Assembly: GCA_023515725.1 (NCBI GenBank) | Contig: JALDTO010000164.1 | Coordinates: forward strand, 186,001-250,000 | Length of the DNA stretch: 64,000 nucleotides | Reading direction: 5' to 3' | Origin: Amoeboaphelidium protococcarum X5 | Taxonomy: Eukaryota > Fungi > Aphelidiomycota | Shown: piece by piece, positions 56,668-64,000 of the stretch | How the letters are laid out: each line of letters starts with the position of its first letter | How positions within the stretch are numbered: position 1 is the stretch's first letter | Translations under genes and position numbers: made by a program | Notes under the pieces: generated by a model | Database searches by the model: none | Told to the model about the DNA's origin: nothing | What the model saw: only the letters and a program-made list of their open reading frames with translations

Positions 56668-57082
56668 ATTTACTTACTGACGCTCTTGAAAATAAAATAG
56701 AAAAAAATCAACAAAAATATTACTTCAGATCGGAGCTCCGCAGTAACGTAATCTAGTTAGGTCGGAGTAAAATGAACTGGAATCAACATCACGTCAAATC
56801 TCGAGACAAAGTTTCATCATTAAAAATTGTGATCGATGGCTTGTGTAAGCGCCTCCTTTTTAAAACCACTTATACTTTGAGTGGCTGTTCATACACGCTG
56901 AGGCTGCTGAAAAAAGATCTTCCGTGTCGCTGACCCCTGAATGGGTTTGTGACAATTTTTCGCATCTCTGGACAGTCGAGTCATCTAATCTCCATCTAGA
57001 TAACAGCGTACCATCTGAGAAAAGGGATTCATAAATAAAATATATTTTTCGTAAAGAGTATTTATATCATCATCTCATAATA

Positions 57083-58513
57083 ATGGAGTCTAATAATCAA
57101 GAAAATTAACCATCCCGTGCAGTGAATATTCAAAGTGTTGGTGGTGAACGCTTTAATGCTCCAACGCCGCAGAACACGCCAGCGACGAGTCTTGGCCTGA
57201 TGATGATGGACAGCGGCGGCGAAAAGTTTTTGTCGCGTCTGCCGCAGTAGTAATAACCTTCGTCGTCGTCATCATCTTCTCTCACCGACTCTGCAGAGTA
57301 GAAGCATCAGGAAGAAAAGTAGTCTCTCGATAATATTAACATTGATAAATAAATGTCATCATCATCTGCTGCTGCTGCTGCTGCTAAATAAAGTGTCGCC
57401 GCTTCTAGTGGAGAGAAGAAGGAGGAAAGTAGTGTCGCTTCTATCCTGGCGCAGAATCCGTAAATTATGGAGGCTTTGTAGGGACAGTTGGGTCGATTGG
57501 TTGGACAACAGTCTGGATATGTGCAGAACTTGCCCACGGCGGTGAAAAGACGCGTCCGTGCTCTAAAAGGTCTCTAATCTCAGTGTAATAAACTGGACCG
57601 TGAGTTTAGGTAACGCGTCATGGAATTGGAGAAGGAGTTCTTGGGTAAGAAGTAGCCGCTATTCCAGAGAAGAAGAGAAATTGTCGATGGTGCCAAGGAT
57701 GCAACTTAGAATGAAGTTGATGCTGGTCGCGATATCTTTGAAGATGAGGAGTCCGAGGATGCTGACACTAAATCTGCATTGAAGGAAGAAGTGGAGATAA
57801 AGGGAATTCCCGAGTTTTGGGCGACAGTCATCAGAAGCTGCCAGATGCTTGAAGAGATTGTAATGGAAGAGGACTATCCCGCTCTTGATCATCTTATTGA
57901 CGTTAGATTCTCTCTCTTAGCTGATAATCCTGGATTCCGTCTAGAGTTTGAGTTCAAAGAGAATCCATTCTTTGAGAATAGTATTCTATCAAAGGAGTAC
58001 TATCTTGAGGACCAAGCTGGCGAGGATGACGATGATGAAGTCGCCGGCTCTGATGATTTGGTTTATGATCACGCTGTAGGAACTGAGATCAAGTGGAAAG
58101 ACGGTAAAGACTTGACTCACAAGATTGAAATTAGAAAGTAGAGACACAAGTCTACCAACAAGACCAGAGTTGTCAAGAAGGTTGTAAAGACGGACTCATT
58201 TTTCAACTTTTTCAATCCCCCTCAAATGCCAGAAGATGAGGATGATGATGATCATTAGGATGACGAGATTAGTGAACTGTTGCAGAAGGACTATGAAGTT
58301 GGAGAGTTTTTCAAAGAACATCTCATTCCTAAGGCTGTCGACTGGTTTACTGGAGAAGCGTAGGAGTAGTTGGATTTCGATGATGAGGAAGACGAAGAGG
58401 AAGATGACGACGAGGATTACAGCGAAGGTGAGGAAGATGATCAAAACGAAGAGGATGACGATGATCAGGAAGGAGGAGATTAGACTAAACCACAAGAGTG
58501 CAAATAGCAATGA
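57083..58513 (+). CDS. NAP1: Nucleosome assembly protein 1
   Basis: [74 protein letters not shown] and C-terminal ECKQQ. Confidence 0.96.
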
Positions 58514-58751
58514 TACGTATAAATTCGATCGCTTATTATCTCACTTTTTCACCATCATGATTTCCATTTTATATGCGTTTAGTGCTTCCGTGTGGCGGTA
58601 TTCATTCGTTCAAGGGAGTTTGAAATGATCGACAATTGATCATCGCGTCGTTTGTTTTCGCTGATCGACAGATCGTCGTCGCATTTGTTTTACCAAGTTC
58701 TTTACGGTCATTTTGAACTATAAGTATCCAGTGCAACAACATCTTAATAAC

Positions 58752-61139
58752 ATGGTGAATCCCAATGAATCGGTATAGAGTATTCCTGACAGTTGGGTGT
58801 AGAGAAGTGAAAAGTTGGTCAAAGTGACCGGTGAATATCCTCTGAATGCAGAGACTCCCATTGACAGTTTGTAGAAGGATTTCATCACACCTACTCCCCT
58901 CTTGTATGTTAGAAATCATGGAGCGGTGCCTAAACTGAACGCTGATAAACATAAGTTGTATATTACTGGTCTGGTTGAGAGAGAACTTACTCTAACATTG
59001 GAATAGCTTATTAATGAGTTCGATTCCACTGATGTGACGGTCACTTTTAATTGTGATGGGTTTCGCAGAAAGGAATTGAATATGATCAAGTAGTCTACCG
59101 GTAACAACTTTTCGATTGGTGTGATATCTACCGCTACTTATACTGGAGTACGACTGGTGGATATTTTTGAAAAAGTTGGCGTTAAAGGTGGTGTAAAGCA
59201 TGTTATAATGACTGGCAGTGATGATTAAAAACACGGAAATTACGAGACAAGTATTCCGTTTGATCACGCTAGAGACAGCAGTAATGAAGTTCTGATTGCA
59301 TATAAAGTCAATGGTGAACCCCTGCCTCCTGATCATGGATATCCAATGAGGATGATAGTCCCCGGCTTTGTTGGCGGGAGGCAGGTGAAATGGCTCAAGC
59401 GAATCATATTCTCTGCCTCAGATAGTGAAAATCATTATCACTTGTATGATAACAAGGTGTTCCCTCCCAACATTGACTCGGTGGAGAAGGCTCACCAATC
59501 CGGAATATTCAAAGATCCGCTGTATATTTTGTATGAAATCAATATAAACTCGGTAATCACAAAGCCGTAGCATGATGAAACTATTGATATAACATCATGT
59601 CACGTTGACTCTGAATACGAAGTCTCTGGGTTTGCGTACAGCGGAGGTGGTAGACCATTGCAAAGAGTTGTGCTTTCATTAGACGAAGGCAGAACTTGGC
59701 TCCAGTGTCAGCTGAATGTTAATGAACGTTAGAAAAGTAGATGGACTTGGACCTTTTGGAGCTGCAAGGTACCGCTGTGGTCTCTGATCAGAGCAGATTA
59801 CATAACAGTGCGAGCATTTGATAATGCACTCAATACTCAGCCTGATAAGCCTATCTGGAATTTGATGGGTATGATGAACAACTGCTGGTATAAAGTGAAG
59901 ACGTGCATGCAACCATCAGATATTAATGGCCGTCACAGCATTCTTACGTTCAAACACCCAGTGTTACCTGCCAAGTAGTAAGGCGGATACTTGGATAAGG
60001 CGAACACTGTGGGGGAGTTGCGAGAGTTATCAAAGAAGGTGCCGGATAAGCAATTCAGCTGGGCTGAGGTGAAAAAACATGTGTCCAGGGATGATTGTTG
60101 GTTGGTGATTGACAATGAAGTGGTTGATGTGTCCAAGTTTATGAAGTTACATCCGGGCGGTGGAAGTCCGCTGATGTCCGTGGCTGGTAGAGATGCGAGT
60201 TCTGAATTCCATTCAATTCACTCGATGGACGCGGTGCGAATGAAGATGAATTATGTTATTGGTACGGTGTCTCAAGAGCGCGAGTCGAAATAGTCACAGC
60301 GTTAGTTGAGAACTCCTACTGGTAGACTAGTTGCTCTGAGTCCTCGCAAATGGACTCGAGTCACTTTGGTTGAGAAGGAGCGTTTATCACAAGACTCTTT
60401 CAGATTCAAATTTGCATTCGAGAACAAGAATACCGCTCTATGGCTGCCTACTGGATACCACATAATGCTGGGTGGCCATATTCATTCCAAAGAACCCGAT
60501 GAGTTAGTAACGAGACCATACACTCCTGTAAGACCGGTGGTGCTTGATGACGAAGATGGTACATTCGATTTGGTCATCAAGATTTACTATCCACATCACA
60601 ATCGACCGGGAGGAGAGTTGACTATGGCCTTGGATAAACTACAGATCGGTAGTGTAATGGAAGTGAAAGGTCCGAGTGGCACCATTTTGTACCAAGGAGA
60701 TGGTCTGTTCTTTGTTAATGGTCGATACCGGTATGCAAAGAGGATCTCTCTACTCGGTGCTGGTTCAGGTATAACTCCACTTCTCCAGGTTTGTACCAAA
60801 GTTGCTAAAGACCAAGGTAAAGATTAATCTGAATTGAGAATGATATACAGCAACAAAACTGCCGATGATATCCTATGCAAGCAGTAAATAGAAGATTTGT
60901 AGTCGCAGCTTGGCGAACGATTCAAAGTCTTTCATACAATCACTGAACAAGATAAAGTTCCCAGCGATTGGACAGATGGTGTTGGCAGATTGAATAAAGA
61001 GATGATGCGCGATAATTTGTACCCATTCGATGATGATACTGTGGCACTAGTCTGCGGTCCTCAAGGATTTACCGACAAGGCATGCATCCCACTCCTGGAA
61101 GAACTTGGTTACGATGAAGATTCTATTTACATATTTTGA
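58752..61139 (+). CDS. niaD: Eukaryotic NAD(P)H:nitrate reductase-like enzyme (Moco, dimerisation, cytochrome b5, FAD, NAD domains), 795 aa, intronless
   Basis: YVRNHGAVP, CDGFRRKE, PDHGYPMR..PGFVGGRQVKWL, GFAYSGGGR, WNLMGMMNNCWY, HPGG...FHSIHS, RPYTP, GSGITP, CGP. Confidence 0.9.
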
Positions 61140-61660
61140 GAAGTTTGATTAAGTGATTTAAATTGCTGTCAATGTATCAATCAATACGATTACTCTTAGA
61201 TTCTAGTAGTTTTTTAGCGGTGATGATTAGCTTAGTTACCTCTCTCTAATACGGAAACGCGTCGCAATATATCTGTGAGAGCAGTTTAATATTGTAACTA
61301 CAGTCAGTCCTTTGGCATTAGATTGTATCGTAATTAGTAATCAATATATTTGAATGTATCTATTGATTTTACATAGACTGATTTATATCATGAAGACAGA
61401 TGATTTAAATTAGTGTAATTTTTATCTCAATACAAATTACTTCTTTGGGTTCTAAGACGATTTTCTACAACATAAGGGCAATTGTTTGAACCCAATCCCT
61501 CCGTGACTAATTTCTGCTAAACCTCCTCTCTCTGGCGCGCGCTCTTGTTCTTTCTCCTTCAGTTTACAGTCATTGCCATTCATTCAGTTATTACTACTCA
61601 CCGCAAATCTTCAGTATATTCCGTATCGCACTATAATCATCAAGTTCATAATCTATAGAA

Positions 61661-64000
61661 ATGAGCAATCTACCTGCTATATAAAATTTGTCCTTGTAAG
61701 CACAGTAGTAGATTAAGGCTGTGGAACCGATATTCAAGATTAGTAAAGTGCAGTTTGAATGGAAGGGCAAGTGTGTGGATCTATGTGTTATGAATGATAC
61801 GCTCATAATGGCTCTGGATACTGACAGTCTGCTGAGAATAGATTTGTAGAATCCAGCCAGAGTTGAGGAAATCTAGCTGTATGCCAATGTACCCAAGCAG
61901 TCAATGTCTGGCAGACGCGGAATTTACAAGATATTTCTGGACTACTCTGGACATCATCTTCTCATATCCACTCTTAATGGCGATGTATTCTATCTGTATT
62001 ATACCTGGAAGCGGGCAAAACTGCTGCAGAAAGTTAGAGGTTTTCAGATTGAGTGTGTCGCTTGGTGTAGAGACTCGGTGCCATTTAGTCGCCGTATGGG
62101 TGCCGGAAGATAGTCAACTGGACCACTGCTAGTCAGCACCAGAGATGGTTATATCTATGAGTTGGAGTTAGATCCTGCTGAAGATGCCTTCTTGAAGCGG
62201 GAGGAGCGGTATTGTAAGCTGATTTATAGAATGAATTTGGATTAGGATTAGCGTGTTATTGGTATTTATTATGATTAGTTGAGTGGTAAAAGTGGCGGTA
62301 CTGCCCGCGAGAGTGATCGTTCTAATTAGCATTACGTTATTATTGCCACTTAGAATAGGTTGTTCCAGTTCAGAGGCTCAGCTAGTCCTATTGATTCTAC
62401 ACAGCCGTCTTTAGAGTCTATATTCTTACGATATCCTAATGATCGAGACATGAACTATCAAGAATTGCCTGGCAGTTTGGGCATTTCTGAGTTGAAGCTG
62501 CTCTTCCATCATTAATAGAACAGGCTCAATAGTGGAATGTACGATGGTGGCTCGTCGAATCTCTTATCCAATGCTAATATTGGCCATTTAAGATCTCTGG
62601 CGTGGACTATTGCACCTGGTGTTTACACCGCCACCATTGAAGATTAGCCTGACGGTATTGTGCATAACATTCAGCTGTATCCTTATCCATCACAGGTTGA
62701 CTCTAAGACTGGAGAATTTCATACGCCTGCTCCCATGTCTATGGCCTGCACCGCTTTCCATCTCATCCTGCTGTACGATGGAGTATTGAAAGTTATAAAT
62801 CGCATGAATGACGAAGTTGTGTATGAGTAGGCGGTAAATTTCTTGTCTCAGAGTCGTATTTGTGTTGATTTAGTAAAGAACACCTATTGGATATCTGATG
62901 CTGGTGCCCTGTATGAATTGGTTATCACCGATGAGGATCGTGATGTATGGCAGTTGTACTTGAAGCGTAATTAGTTTTCAGCGGCTCTAGAACATGCCAA
63001 GACAACGGTGTAGATTGATAAGGTTAGAAGATCGTAAGCTTTGTATTATTATCAGTAGAAAAGATTTGTATTGGCTGCCAAGACGTTCGCCTAGACAAGT
63101 ATTCCGATCGAAGAGGTGGCTCTGATGTTTATGGAGCATCGTGAGAGTTTGGTCAACAACGGAGACAATAGCTCTGATTATGCCAATATCGATTCTCTTA
63201 CTGATTAGAAATTAGAGTCTCTTGTAGTTTACCTCGAGTCTAAAGCTCTAACTCTTTCTGCTGAGGATCAAGTATAGAAGGCACTTATTAACACCTGGTT
63301 GTTAGAGCTGAAATTGAATGAGATCCATTTACTCAGATAGCAGCTATTGTTTTCACATCGCAGCAATGGCGTGTAGAACTAGAAGGAAGACCGTGATAGT
63401 AACTTGAAGCACAAATTGGAGTAGGCTTAGAGTAATTTCAAGCGATGGATCTCTAATGCTCAGGTTGCAGAATCTCTGGATTACTAATCTTCTATTGCAA
63501 TGATTAGAGAGTACGGGTGTGAAGATGAGATGATTTATTTGGCGGAATTTAATAAGGACCACTCTCTATTGCTAGAATATTATAGCGAAAGGTAGATGGT
63601 GGATAAGTTGTTTGCAATTTTGGATTAGCTCAAAGATTCTGAATAGATTTATCAGTATTCGCCATCATTAATTGTGTAGAAGCCTTATGAACTTGTCGGT
63701 TTGTGGATTCGATGTTCAGGACTTGATCCTTAGAAGCTGTTGCCTGCAATGGCTGTATATAACGCTTAGTTTGCCGCTGATAGTGCTAGTGTACCATCTC
63801 ACAAAGAGCATCAAGTTGTCAGGTATCTCGAGTATTGTATAAATAGACTCGCTGCTACTGAGAGTGAGATTTGCAATTTACTCCTGTCTAGTTACGTACA
63901 ATGTAATGCACCTGATGAGGTCATTATCAGTTTTATAAAGTAGATTCATAATTTTTTGGATCTTTAGAATGCACTGAAAGTCTGTCTGTAAAATGATCGA
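61661..64000 (+). CDS. VPS18: HOPS/CORVET subunit VPS18/PEP3 (truncated by window end)
   Basis: IFKISKVQF, LLRIDL, IYKIFLDYSGHHLLIS..NGDVFYL, IECVAW, TAFHLILLY, DEDRDVWQLYL, IEEVALMF, TWLLELKL. Confidence 0.92.

Noticed and set aside
56850-56990. snRNA-like hairpin (GTCGC-GACCC/GGGTT-GTGAC) followed by AATTTTT upstream of NAP1
   Set aside because: It lacks the invariant U1, U4 and U5 motifs, and the Sm-like site is imperfect.

Overview
Very gene-dense eukaryotic nuclear DNA (about 36 protein-coding genes, few and short GT-AG introns mostly ~50-65 nt, intergenic gaps often under 150 nt) from an early-branching, fungus-related opisthokont. The window does not use the standard genetic code: TAA and TAG encode glutamine and TGA is the only stop (translation table 6). 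This is why the supplied ORF track is fragmented. That code plus the gene content (WASH, CYRI, ROD/KNTC1, Rab18, RAB3GAP1, PX-domain SGK and CDKL alongside fungal-type ILV2, NAP1 and PEX26) best fits an aphelid such as Amoeboaphelidium protococcarum; this is an inference, not a database match. Retranslated by hand, the fragments join into full-length genes. Points worth follow-up: an excess of TAR-TGA gene endings; two genes whose first TGA lies inside the convergent neighbour; a stand-alone nitrate-reductase-like enzyme with altered active-site motifs; WASH1 adjacent to ARPC1; orphan secreted effector-like proteins; a possible structured RNA next to STN1; and recurrent intergenic ACGCGT motifs. 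Coordinates and splice sites were read by eye.
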